From Lama guanicoe (Eukaryota): DNA of 64,000 nt. The notes below the pieces were generated by a model. That model worked only from the letters and a program-made list of their open reading frames with translations, searched no databases and was not told the DNA's origin. This document shows positions 12,071-24,424 of the stretch, piece by piece; the first letter of the stretch is position 1, and the number at the start of each line of letters is the position of its first letter. The DNA lies in assembly GCA_013239625.1 (NCBI GenBank), contig MU053873.1:2680524-2744523 (forward strand), written 5' to 3'. The position numbers were made by a program, and so were the translations under genes.

Positions 12071-12628
12071 TATGAGTCCATTGCTCTGCAGGGCAGCCAT
12101 AACAGAATGCCACAGATCAGGGGGGCTTCAGCAACAGGAATTTACTTTCTCACAGTTCTGGATGCTGGAAGTCCGAGATCAAGATGCCCGCAGAGCTGAT
12201 TTCTCCTGAGGCCTCTCTCAGGTTTCTCCTGAGGCTCAGCTTGCAGACGGCTGCCTTCTTCCTACGTCCTCACATGGGGTTCCCTTGTGTGCTCACCCCA
12301 GTGTCTCGTAAAAACCCCAGTCCTGTTGGATCAGGGCCCCTCCCTATGACCTCATTTAATCTTAATGACCTCGGTAAAGGCCCACCTCCAAATACTGTCA
12401 ATTTAACATGTGAATCTGGGGAGAAAACAAGTTTCTTCTGTACAGTATAGGCAACTATATTCAACATCTATAATGAAAAAGAGTATGAAAAGGAATATAT
12501 GTATGTTTACGTATGACTGAAACATTATGCTGTGCACCCAAAACTGACACAACATTGTAAACTGACTATACATCAGTTAAAAAACAACAACATATGATTC
12601 TGAGGAGACACCATTCAGTCCCCTAACA
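12071..12628. mobile_element. MLT1 (MaLR) solo LTR, interrupted by an L1 fragment
   Basis: gggcagccataacagaatgccacaga...tctcacagttctggatgctggaagtccgagatcaag...tgacctcatttaatcttaat...ccattcagtcccctaaca. Confidence 0.8.
12425..12588 (+). mobile_element. 5'-truncated cetartiodactyl-type L1 3' end with ~20-bp TSD
   Basis: caactatattcaa...gaatatatgtatg...gacacaacattgtaaactgactatac followed by an A-rich tail. Flanks are aacatgtgaatctggggaga (12405-12424) and aacatatgattctgaggaga (12589-12608). Confidence 0.8.
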
Positions 12629-14751
12629 AGAAGCAATTTGTTGTGGCAAATGGGACACAGTCTTGCTGAGGTCCTCTGGGAGGCTGCGGGGGGCACACCT
12701 GAGTCGTTGCACCTGAGGTCAAGGAAGCCACTTAACCCACTACCTCTTATCTGTTAGGGCTGAAGGATGCCCCCCAGGCATCAATTGCTCACCACCTCCA
12801 GCCTGTCCTGGGCACAGACCAAACAAGTTCCCATGGCCAGAGAAAGCCGTCAGCAGGAACGCACAGAGGCCGGCAGCACAAAGCCACTGGTGAGTGAGTG
12901 TGGAGGGGACATCCCATAGGGGACAGTGAATCACGCGTCTCCCCATTACCCACCACAGCCCAGTGCCACCCAGCAGAGCCCATCCTGGGCTCAACAAAGC
13001 CAGGGTCTCCCCAGTTTGAGAAGCTTCCACCCACTACATGCCAACCTGACAAATGATGGTGACACAGAGCCCCACCCTCTAGAAGCTCATGACCTAGTCA
13101 GGAGAGAGCAAAAGTCACTGTGAGCAGTGCCATCGTGCAGGAGGTTCAAGGGGATTATGGAAACATATATTAGTGGCCTGCTCGTCTTTGAGGTCAAGAA
13201 AAGGCCTGCTGAGTACCAGACACAGTACCAGTTACTGAGATTTGAAAAATCACAAAAAGAAGTATAATTCTATCGATCTTTATTTGTTTAGGACCTTTGA
13301 GTCTCGAGTAGCAGAAACAAGTCCAATGCTACAGTGGTTTCAGGCACAGCTGTACCCAGGTGTCCAAACGTCACCAGGCACCTGTCTTTCTCCAGCTGTC
13401 TGCGGGAGCAGTAGAGAGGCGCTTACCAGGGATGGCAGGCTCTTTGTCTTGTTCTCTTTCTCTGCTGGCAGCCAGGATTTGGATGCAGGAGTCAGGCAGA
13501 CCAGAGCTGTGACAGCTCTCTGGGCCTCAGTTTCCTCTTCTGTAAAGTGGGGATAACACAACCCCTTCTGAAGTGCTTTTGGAGGAATTAAGTGATTTGA
13601 TTGCAGAAAACACATGGCATGGCTATGTGCTCAGTAAATATCCCCTCTCTCTCTCCCTCTCTGTGTTGGAAGGACCATCAGAGACTATGCAAGGCCCGGA
13701 GTTCTCATTCCTGGGAAGTTATTACAAGTGGGTCTTAGAAATTACACAGACACCACCCTGTCTGCAGAGCGTGTACATAACAAGTCCTGTCCCCAGACGC
13801 ACTGGCTCTTACACGTGTGCGTCGATGCAGTTGGTTGAACTACATGCAGGTTAATGGGGACCCCACACCACATTTGTGGTTGCTTCCTTTATCATCAGGC
13901 CTTCTCTCCATCCGCAGGACCTGAAAGTGTACCCCCAACTTCATGATCCATTTTCCTTTGAGAAAGAGTGCGTGGAACTGGCAAGTTTCGGGGCCTACAG
14001 GTGTCCCCCACCTCTTTGTTTATGGTGCCCAGAGCGAGGCTTGGAGACCAGGTGGCCTTGCCCTGGGTCACGCGAGTCTTCCCCCTCCCTCGCTCCTTGT
14101 TCTGCGCCCGCCCGCCTCTGCCCTCCTCTCTTTGTCCCAGGCCTGTGTGTGCCGTGCGGGCCTGCCTCTGTGCGGGGCCGTGTCCTTTGTCCCTGCTGCT
14201 TCTTTGTCTGGGCTTTTGTGTCCGGACAACAGAGCAGGCGGGCGGCGTGTGTGCTGTTCTCATCCATCCCATCTCGTTCTCCATCTGCAAACAGACCCCC
14301 CTCCAGACACCCCACACCTGCTCCCTGGCCTCTCCAGCCACCCCAGCAGGTGCTGCAGCCAGCCAGCTTCTCCTACTGCTGTGGAGAGAAAGGCATGGTC
14401 TGCAGCCTCCCGCGCGTAGCCTCCCCATTGTCCCCAGCCCTCCCACCTCATCTCTTTTTTGTAAGGGCAGATGCTGGCAGAGCTAGAGATGAGGCCGGGA
14501 GGGACTGGGGTGGGGGCGGAAGTGACAAGCCCTGCAGAGCCTCACCCCCAGATCCGATGCACCTGCAGTCCCATCAGTGCACCCCCTGGGCACCTTCACC
14601 AAGCCCTCCTCACCCCACCAACTGCCACCAGGGTCTCTGCCTCCATCACCTCCTGCTGGGACGTTTCTACTCCAGTTTCTACTCCACGGCCCTCCAATCT
14701 GTCTGCCTCACTCCAGCCACAAGATTCTCAAAACGCAAAGCTGACCTCATC

Positions 14752-14752
<1 letters not shown>

Positions 14753-14786
<34 letters not shown>
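14753..14786. repeat. poly(C)34 homopolymer
   Basis: 34 consecutive C counted directly. Confidence 0.95.
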
Positions 14787-14787
<1 letters not shown>

Positions 14788-16974
14788 AACCCCCCACAGC
14801 CCTTCAGTGACATCCCACTGGTCTCAGGATGGAGAGTAAGCTCTTCATGTCCAAAGGCAAAGCCCCGCCTGGGCTGATCCCTGGTGACAGCTCCACATCC
14901 ATCTCTCACCAAGCTCCTGCTCCAGCCCCACCCAGCCCAGCCTGAGCATCACCTTCCCCCTGAAACGTCCTCCTGCCTCCCTGTCAAAGTCAAGCCCGTT
15001 AGTTACACAGAGTCCTCCACTGGCCCGTGCCCCGCTCCTGCAGGCCTGATTGCACTTTGAGATTATATCCTCATTTACTTGTCAGTTGTGGAAACACATA
15101 TGCACGTGCACGTGCGCGCGCACACACACACCAGCTCGTGAGGTTCAGGGGAGAAACCTGCTGTTTTTCCACCATCTCATCGTCAGAGCTTGGCCCAGGG
15201 TCTGACACACAGGAGGCGCTCCATGTATGTTTGTCCAAAGAATGACTAAACCTTGAAGTGTAAATGCCGCCGTTCTGGAAGGCCTCTGGGAACCATCTGA
15301 TAGATGGACAAGCAGAGACCCAGAGGAGGAAAGTGACTTTCCCAAGGTCTCTGTTCCAGTGCAGTGATGCTAACGGTGTAACCCCAATGTGTCTCCAGAT
15401 TCCCCAGCTCCTTCTGCCTTCCAGAGGTCACCCTCTCCTTTAGAAGCCAGTCAAACAGCTTGAGCGCCCACTGGGAAATGGCTGCAGAAATGCCTTCCCC
15501 TTCCAGGAACTTGTCTGGCTCCTGTGAGTTGCCAGTTGGGTCTTCATCTTCTGCTGCAAACACCTGCCTCTGTTGCCTTGAGCCCCTCTACCTGTTTCCT
15601 CCCCTTCCCGTAGCCTGCAGTCCTCTCCCCAGACGCAGATGCAGTCTGAACCCCACCCTCATTGCTCCCCAGAGCAAGCAATGCAAAAATTTTGGAGAAG
15701 AGCCTGGGGAAATTTGGGGCAAATAATAACAGTGACTGAGCATTTACCGTGTTCCAGCTCCTGGGCTAAATGCTGTAAGTGCAGTGGTAATCACAGCTCC
15801 ATGGCACTGGTGTCTAGATCATCACCATTCTACAGACAAGGAAATTAAAGCTAAAGGAACACAGCTAGAAGGTGCCTGAACCAAGATTCAGCCTCAACAG
15901 TCTGCATCCAGCCCCTGCCCTCCCAAGCCCCCTCCCCACCCTGGCCCCATCACCTCTTCCCAGGCTGCCAGTGTCCCCCTCCTGACCAGCCGCCCATATG
16001 GCCCTCCCGTCCCCCCTGGCTCCCTCTAACCCAGCCTTCCCACCCCCGCACAGCCATGCTGCAACCATTCTGCAGAACCATGCATTCTTTATTTATGAGA
16101 TGCATATCGGCAAATCAGCTGGGAATGCCGTGGCATCTGCCAGCAGGAGGCAGAAGCTTCTGGAGGCCAAAGTTCTTCAGGAGGTAGGCGGACGCTGGGC
16201 TCAAGGTGCCAGCCTCCAGCAGGGGCACCCAATGGGTCTGCAGAGTGCAGAGTGGGTCTGGGGGACAAGATGATCTGTGTTTTGGATCCCCTTTGCATCC
16301 TAGCCTGATGTAGGCAAGCAGCAGAGAGCCCGGTGATGGGGGGCGTGAAGAGATGGGGCATAGAGCAGGAGCTAATATTTACTGAGCATCTCCCCCAAAC
16401 CCCCACAGAACCCACAAGGCAGAGATTCTTGTGCCCACTTACAGGGCAGGGAAATGAGGCTTGCAGAAGGTAGGAAGCTCCTTCTGAATTTTTAACCCGC
16501 TTTGTCACTCCTCTTCCCTGCCCCTCCCCGCAAAGAGAGGAGTTAAGTTGTTTTATAAAGATGACCTCAGCCCAGGCAGAAAGCTAAATATAAAATAAGA
16601 GAAAAATGAGGTTCAGAGAAAGAAATATTCAGTCGGGGATTAAATTCCTCTTCCAAATGCCTACCACGTGCTGTTGTTCAGTTACTGGTAGTGGATTGTA
16701 CATCGGTCCTGAGCATCTGGCCGCCAAGGCAAAGAGGGAATGCAATTCGCTTTGAAGATGTCCAAGATCTACAAGGAGAAAGGAAGCTATACATAGAGAT
16801 ACAGCTGTGGCAGAGAAATAGAGAAGGAATTTCATGCCCCCAATCTAATGTCAAATCCCTACATTCCTAGAAACTGCCCCATCGATTTCTGTCCCCCCCC
16901 GCCCCTTTCCCTATCCGACTGCCCTGGGGCAGAACAATCTTTCGAAGGCGCCTTGAAGGATGTGTTTTCGCAGG

Positions 16975-16993
16975 TGACCACCAGGTGGCAGTG
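16975..16993 (+). promoter_or_regulatory. CTCF motif
   Basis: TGACCACCAGGTGGCAGTG matches the CTCF core CCASYAGRKGGCR at every position. Confidence 0.7.
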
Positions 16994-17499
16994 CGGCGCA
17001 GGTCTCGGGTGGACGTTTCTTAGATCGGGAGGCAGCCTGAGGGGACTGGAGGAGCCCGAGGGAGCCCGAGGGACCTCAGCGAGTTAAGGCCGAGACTTGA
17101 GGCTGAACCTCAACGAAGAAATCGGTCTCATGCTCGGCAGAATCAGGCTGCACTGCTTCCTCCCGGTGGGAAAGAGAAAGAGCCCCGGACAGAGTGTCAA
17201 TGCCCTGGTTCTCTATGCAAACCAGCACATCAACCTGCCTGCCTCATCCTCAGTCTTCGCACCTGAGCAAGGGGGTGAAGAGTGCCTGCTGGGGAAAGAG
17301 GAGACTGAGACAGGGACGGAGAATGCTCGTGGTCAGTAAGGTGGAGAACAGCCAGAGGTTAAAAGATCAAGAGCTTCTGAGCTGCGAGGGAGGAAAAAAG
17401 AGAACCCAAGTTCCCCGAAAGAAAGAAAAGCCACCAGGGCCCCTAGTTAGGGACAAGGAGGGGAAGTGGTGAATTCTTCTCTGTTTCCTCTGGTGGGTT

Positions 17500-17900
17500 T
17501 GGGGCAAAGAGTCAGGACTTTTTCAAGTGTAAATGATAGAAACCCACCTTTAAAATGTCTCAAGGGAAAAAAAAAATAGCAGGGAGAGACTGTTATGTGA
17601 TCAAAGGCACATGGGGTATTTGCATAACCGGATGGTTGGACTCATTTTCTCCGCTTCTGGCCTCTGCTTCCCCCACCTTGGTTTTGCTTTCAGGCTGCCT
17701 TCGATGGCAAGTTTCCAGCTTACACCCCATAACTTCACAAGCCCAGCACGTAGAAAGCTTCTCTTTCCAGGTGGTTCCAACCAAAGTTCCAGAGCATCAT
17801 CTCCACTGTGTCCCGTGCCCACCCCTTGGCCCAATCACGGTGACATTACCGGCCGGACCTGGGTCACTGGTGTCCTCCTTGCCTCTAGACTCTGGTGGGT
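17500..17900. mobile_element. MLT1-like (old MaLR) LTR
   Basis: gtcaggactttttcaagtgtaaatgatagaaaccca...ggttttgctttcaggctg...ccgtgcccaccccttggccaatcacggtg. Confidence 0.5.
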
Positions 17901-20499
17901 CATCCTCGTTCGAGGTATTGACTGAGTGAAGGGAGGGCGGTTCTCTGAATTAAAACTGAAATGAAAAGGGCAGACTGCCACCTCACCTCGGGCACAATTG
18001 ACCCATCGGCCCGGCCTTCCCGAGGTTTTGTTTTGTGTCAAGAGCAGGTTCAGGAGTGCAAGGCAGGAAAAAAGCCTCCCCACCTCGACATATTTCCCCT
18101 CCATCAGTCTTGTGATTAGGTGACTGACTGTAAACAGCCTCAGGAAATAGGGATGGGGTGGGTCAGCACCCACCACACAGGCTTGTGCCAGACTCCACCC
18201 CACCCCGTTCAGGTGGGGGCCTTCCCCCTCCTGTCCCTCCTTGGCAGCTGCGGATGATGGCCTGCTGGAGGGGGTGGGGAGGGTGGTTGAGTGCCTGGCC
18301 CTGTGCCCAGCACAAAATAGACACTCAACAGACGCTGTTTCTTCCTACTTTGCACAAAGGGTGACATGCTTTGTAACTGTCATTATCATTGCTTTGGTCC
18401 TTGTTAGTGAATAGGCGTTCCTCACAGCCGCTTCTGGCAGGATTTGCAGGGGGAAATCCTCTCTCTCTCTTCACTCCTCCCCCTCTCTTCCTGTCTTTCT
18501 CCTCTCCTCCCCCTCCCTCCCTCTCCTAAACACATCCAAGATGTGTTAAGATCTTCTGCTTCTCACCTCCTTTCATTCTGGGTGGTTTCTTTCCTTTCTG
18601 TCTGACCATTCCTACAGTCATCTTTGTCACTGCATCTTTGCTCCCCGGGGAGTGACTCAGTAAGACAGTAGTGTGAGGACCCTGTAGACCAGAGAAAGAA
18701 CCGGGCAGGCGGGGGCGGAGGGGAACAGAAAAAGAGCGAGTGAAGACTAAGAAAGAGAAGCCCCACGCTGCATCCCAGCTTCCTTCTCACAGCACTTTTT
18801 CAACTATCAATTTTACGAGGTAAGGAAACTGAGGCTCAGTGAGGCAGAGCACCCTTCCCGCCAAAGTTCACCCTGTCTAGAAAACTCGGGATCCAGGATT
18901 CAGACCGAGGTGTGTGCAGTTCCAAATGTGTCGTCCTCCTTTGTGGCAAGCCACCCCCTCCCGACGGGAGTAGCTGGGTGGTGACGCTTAGGAGCAGTCA
19001 CGTGGTTGGTGCTTGCTGCGTAGTCTTAGATAAGTCCCCTTACCTCTCTGGGCCAAGAGGATGCTGGTTTGAGATCCACAGTCCCAGACCCTTTGGTCAG
19101 TCCTGTTCCGCATGTGTGGTGTTCTGGATGATGGGTGTCCTGTGCTTGCCACTTACGTCTGAACAGACAGCATCAATCTTTCAAGTTCCCCTTCCTTTAT
19201 AACTGCGAGAATTGGTCTGCTGGCAAGATATGAAAAATAATTTCACGCTCTCTTTCCTCCCCTCCCAAGATCACCCCTGACAAATTGTCTCTTTATTGCC
19301 TGTCACTCCAGCCATCATCTCATATCTGGGTTCTCATTTTTTTTATCTTTGCTAGCCTCATTTTTGGCTCCAACTGCTGCTGGCTCTTTGTAGGGCCACC
19401 ATCAAATTCCAGTGAGGCTCCCCTATTCGTTCATTTTTTCATTCATTCAGCAAATACTGCCTACTTTGACCCTAGAGATCCGCAGCTTTCAAAGGTCCCC
19501 AGTTATTCATACTAAAGTGTGAAGGACTACTTTCTTAAATCCTTTAAAGGAGGACACGAACCTAGCAACTTACTGTTTATAAACCCCATTCATGCCTCGT
19601 ATCTGTTTAATGCTCCACAAAACCTTATACAGCCCATAGTAAGCTCAATGCTTTTACAGGCTGGGTGGCCTCAGGCCAGTTGCTTGACTTCTCTGAGCCT
19701 CAAGTTCCAGATGAGTTTTATAGGGATAATAATAATGTCAAGGGGTTACTGTGAGGTTTAAAAGCTATCCCATGTGAAAGAAACCAATGCAATATGTGTC
19801 ATCAATATCATCATCATCATTATCATTATGAGGAAGGCATGCCCCAGGTAAGGGGGTTGGGTGCAGACAGGACTATCAAAGCAAAAAGACAGAGAAAGGT
19901 AAAATAATACTAATAACGATACTAAGACTGATACCAAAAACCTCTACCAACTTTTCCTGAGAGCTTACCAAGTACCTTGCACACGTTCTAGGCACAAGCA
20001 TGAATAATACAGCATTTAACTTTTTACAAACAAAGAGGTAGGTATTGTGCTTCCCCAGTTAACAGAGGAGGAAACTAAAGTGAGATGCTGGCAAGTCCAG
20101 GATGCAAATCCAGGACTGTGATGGCCTCTGGCCCCAGAGTGTGGTACCAACTCAGAGCTGACAGGGTCAGTCACTCCTCTGTGGTGGGTACAGCTGTAGG
20201 GGTACCACCTCCCTATATCCAGTGCCTTCTAGGGTCTCAGGGCGTCAGAGTGAGAACATTTCTGGTTGGAAGATGGTGGCCCAACCCCCATTCTCTGCCT
20301 CAGCAAAACCTCAGTACCCATAGAGATTGACTTCATGACCCTCTCTCTAATGGTCAGTTTGGTCATTACCTAGAACTGACCATGAGACCACTTCCTGGAC
20401 AGTACTTCTACATTTCCTAAAGCCCTGCTGGATGTCAGGACCTAAATGCCCCAAACTAATTCACACTAGGCTGTGAATGACTATCATAGTTAACTACAG

Positions 20500-21025
20500 G
20501 GACGTGAGATCAGAGAGACGATGGAGGAGGTAGATGATGACCAGCCTTATAGGACTAGGATATAATTGTTTTGTTTTGTTTTGTTTTCTTGGAGTGGGAT
20601 GGGAAGCATGGGAGGGTTTTGAGCAGGGGAGCAAAGATCCACCTTACAATTTTAACAGAGCCACTATGCCTGCTGGGTAGAGAACAGGTTAAGAGGGAAA
20701 GGTGGGAGCAGGGAGATGATAAGGAGGAGAGAGGGAAGGATGGCTTGGACCAGTGTGGGAGCAATGGGGATGGTGATAAATGTCTGGATTCTGGTACAGT
20801 TTGAAGATTCAGGCATCAGGATTTGCCAGTGGATTGGACTGTGGGTGTGAGAGATGATGGATTATTCCAAAGTTTTGACCCAAACAGATGGAAAAGTAGC
20901 TTCGGTTTTGGATGGATTCTGATTGAGTTGCGCATTCGACATCCATGTAGAAGTGTGTAGTCTGCAGTTGATATTCAGGGATGGCATTCAGAGGAGAGGT
21001 CTGAGTAGAGATAATCACCTAGGAG
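20500..21025 (-). mobile_element. L2 LINE fragment
   Basis: gggaagcatgggagggttttgagcagggga...ggcttggaccagtgtgg...ggatttgccagtggattggactgtgggtgtgagag...ggagaggtctgagtagagata. Confidence 0.7.
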
Positions 21026-21699
21026 AGACTGCCTCCCCCCTCCCCGTTATCCGTTCCAGGTCCCTTGTTATCTCTCATACACCCCTGTGCTTCCCCATCA
21101 CAGCTCCTGTCACAGGGCATTGCAGTCCACTGTGAACTTGCCTGTATTCCTAATCCAACTGGGTGAGAGAAAGGACTTGTTGTATCTTGTTTACCATTTC
21201 CCAGGGCCTAGCACAAAGTAGGTCCCAGGCAAATGATTGTTTGAATGAATGGGATGATACAGAGAGGGGTTAAAAATGACTAAAGTGCGAATGTTCCTAA
21301 ACACTTCCCTTCCTGAGCCAGATAGTGTTATCTTTTCCAGCAGGCTGTTCAGAACCTCACCCATTCCTGACTCTGTCAGACTTCTTTATGATAAAGGAAA
21401 GTAGTCCAGAAAATTATCCAGATGGCTTATGATTGTTAAGACAATCTATATATAAAGGACCAGGAAAGAGAGCAAGGAGAGGTAGGGGTGGAGAGTGAGG
21501 GGAGTGGGGAATGTATGTATAGATCTTGCCACTCAGGTTGCAAATGGAATGGGAGTTTATTTCTTTGTTTTAAAAACATTTAAGGTGGCAGGTGGGTAGT
21601 ATGTGTGAGAATTGGGGAGAGAGAAATGGAATGTGAGAAGTTTCACTAGGGGAGACAACTGGCTCCCTCCATGCATGGCTTTAAAAAAAAAAAAACAAA

Positions 21700-22545
21700 A
21701 CAAGCTTGGGACAATTTATCAGGAAGAGGGCAATCATAAATATATATGCACCTAATAACAGAGCATCAAGATTCTCGAAGGAAAAAAATCAGAAAGCAAA
21801 AATGGACAAAACTAAAGGGAGGAGCAGATAAAACCAAATCATAGTAAGAGATATTAACAGCCCTCTCTGAGTAAGTGATTAAAAAAAAAACTGATCTTTT
21901 AAAAATTGGCAAGGATACAGAGCAATGTAACCAACGTTGTGAACCAGCTTGACCTAACTGACATTTATAGGACACTGTACCTAACAAGTGCAGGATTTCA
22001 AGTCTATCAAAAATAGACCATGAGCTGGGCCATAAAATAAGTTTCAATTCATCAGAATATTGAAATCCTGAGTATGTTCTCTGACCACAATGGACTTAAA
22101 TAATAAATCTATAACAATAAAATATCTAGAAAATCCCTAGTATATAGAGAGCGTCCCTTTAAATAATCCATGGGTCAAAGAAGAAATCATAAGGGAAACT
22201 AGAAAATATCAAACTGAATGATCATAAAAACACACCATATTAAAATTTGTGGGAAGAAGCCAATGCAGTACTTGCAGGGAAATTTATAGCTCTAAGTGAT
22301 TATATTGGGGGGAAAAAAGAAGAGCCAAAATAATGACCCAAGAATCTACTTTTAAAACCTAGAGAAAAAAAAAAAAAATATACATTAAAACCAAGAAAAA
22401 AAAAAAAAAAGAAGAAGAAAGTAAACCAAGAGTAAATAGAAGAAAGGAAATACTGAAGATAAGAGCAAAACTCAGACAGATGACAGAAAATCAACAAAGA
22501 TAAAGATTGGTTCTTTGAAAGGACTGACAAAATTGAAAACCACAG
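21700..22545 (+). mobile_element. degenerate L1 ORF2 (endonuclease-region) fragment
   Basis: aatcataaatatatatgcacctaataacagagc, gacctaactgacatttatagg, tatgttctctgaccacaatgg, taaataatccatgggtcaaagaagaaatc, ggttctttgaaag. Many stops and frameshifts. Confidence 0.85.
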
Positions 22546-22564
22546 GTGAACACTAGACCTTTTT

Positions 22565-22570
22565 TTTATT
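22565..22570 (-). terminator. CRYBA4: CRYBA4 polyadenylation signal AATAAA
   Basis: tttatt on the plus strand, about 160 nt downstream of the TGA stop. Confidence 0.75.
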
Positions 22571-22729
22571 ACTTTTAGTTTTTCGTGCTGACTGTGCATG
22601 GACTGGCCCACATGAGTGCTGGGTTCACACGGGTTACAGGGGGAGGCAGAGGAGAGAGCACATAACAGCCTCCACAGCTTCTCGGTTCCAGACAAGCACA
22701 TGTTCGCTGCTCAGCGCTGGCCCCCCTGC

Positions 22730-22906
<177 letters not shown>

Positions 22907-23689
22907 CTATCATGCTGTTCCCTCTGCCAGCAATACCATTCCAGCCATTCTTTGCTCAGCCAAGTTGTATTTATCCTCCAGCTCAATCATCACTTCATCA
23001 GGGCGGTCTGACTTATTCACCAAATTAGTCCCCTGTGGTACTTTTGTAGCACTCATTTAATTAGGCAATTAACAGATCATTCGTAAAATAGCAGCCTCCC
23101 CTGCCAACAGTAAACTCCTGGGTGTAGAGGTGTGTGTGGCTGGTTCACTGTTATCTCTGGTGCCTAACACAGTGCCCAGCACAGAGAGGCTCAATAAATA
23201 CTTGATGAAGGAAGGAAGAAGTGGGGTGTCTTATTCTTTCCCCCTCCTGCCTTGTTCAGGGACACTTCCAAGGAAAGGGCTATAATTCTTTCTATTCATT
23301 GGCTCCTACATTATCCAGGACTAGACACAGATTTGTGCCTTGTCTTCTGAGTTGTCCACTTCCCTTTCCGTAAGAGGAAAGTGGCCTTGAGAATCACAAG
23401 GGGTCCATCCTACTCTGAAACAATAAGATTCTCTGGTGGTTCCTGAGAAAAATTAAAAAATAAAATAAAAACACCTCCCACCTTTGCCCCTGCCAACCAG
23501 GAGCCAAGGGCTACCTCAGAAGATGGCTCTACTATCTTCTACGAGTGAGGCTTTCGTACCTCAGCCATCCCCTCAGAGACAAGAGTGGGAAGGGGCAGTC
23601 AGTCCTGGGCATGAAGTTGGGATTCAGTTACCTACCTGCTGTTGGATGTGAAGCAAGTTGCTTAACCCATATCTGCTTCTTTACTGCTG

Positions 23690-24110
23690 GACAGCCCCCT
23701 CCCCCTCAGTCAACGTGAGAAAATCCTCACTCTAGCAATGAGCATGTGGCCAGACCTAGCCAATCAGAGCACCCCATTCCTGTGGGCCTGGTGATTGGTT
23801 CAGAGTTGAGCACATGACCCAAGCTGGACCAGTGAGAGTCTTCCCTAGAATCTTTGGTGGAATCACTGGGGAAAAAACACACTCCCTTTCCCTAGGGCTG
23901 GGCTGGAATGTAAGGATGAAGCTGCCATCTTGCCTTCACATGAGAAGAGCTTGCCAAAGAATACAGCCGCACTGAAGCAGACAGAGCAAGATGGGGAGAA
24001 AGACAGATCCCTGCTGAAGCAGCTGGATCCAGCTGTGCCTGAAGCTAGTTACAGGGGCCAATTAACTTTGAGATTAATAGCAGTGTGATCTGGGTGTCCA
24101 TTACTTGCAA
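23690..24110. mobile_element. MLT1-like LTR in CRYBA4 intron 5
   Basis: gccaatcagagc...tgattggttcagagttgagcacatgacccaagctggacc...ctggatccagctgtgcctgaagc...acttgcaa. Confidence 0.7.
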
Positions 24111-24259
24111 ACCCATAAATTTCTCCTGATGCCTCTCTGTGCCTCTGAAATGTGGGCATCAGACCCCAAAAGTCCTCAGCACATCGTTTTCACCAGATGC
24201 GTCCCCATCCCTCCCAACATCCCATCTCTCCCTGCCAGGCAGAGCTTTGCATTCACTTA

Positions 24260-24424
<165 letters not shown>

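Larger units (their letters stand above)
11935..12900. mobile_element. old ERVL-type LTR split by later insertions
   Basis: cagactcccagacaaagattcaagcgcacatagtttattt...gtgagacaaggaaggg at 11955-12050; LTR-like sequence resumes after 12630. Confidence 0.5.

Noticed and set aside
13876..14877. 333-aa ORF with a poly-Pro run, and overlapping 150-180-aa ORFs
   Set aside because: Starts at GTG rather than ATG, has low-complexity Pro/Cys/Ser composition and no recognisable domain. The poly-Pro is just the C34 run, and several frames are open because of GC richness.
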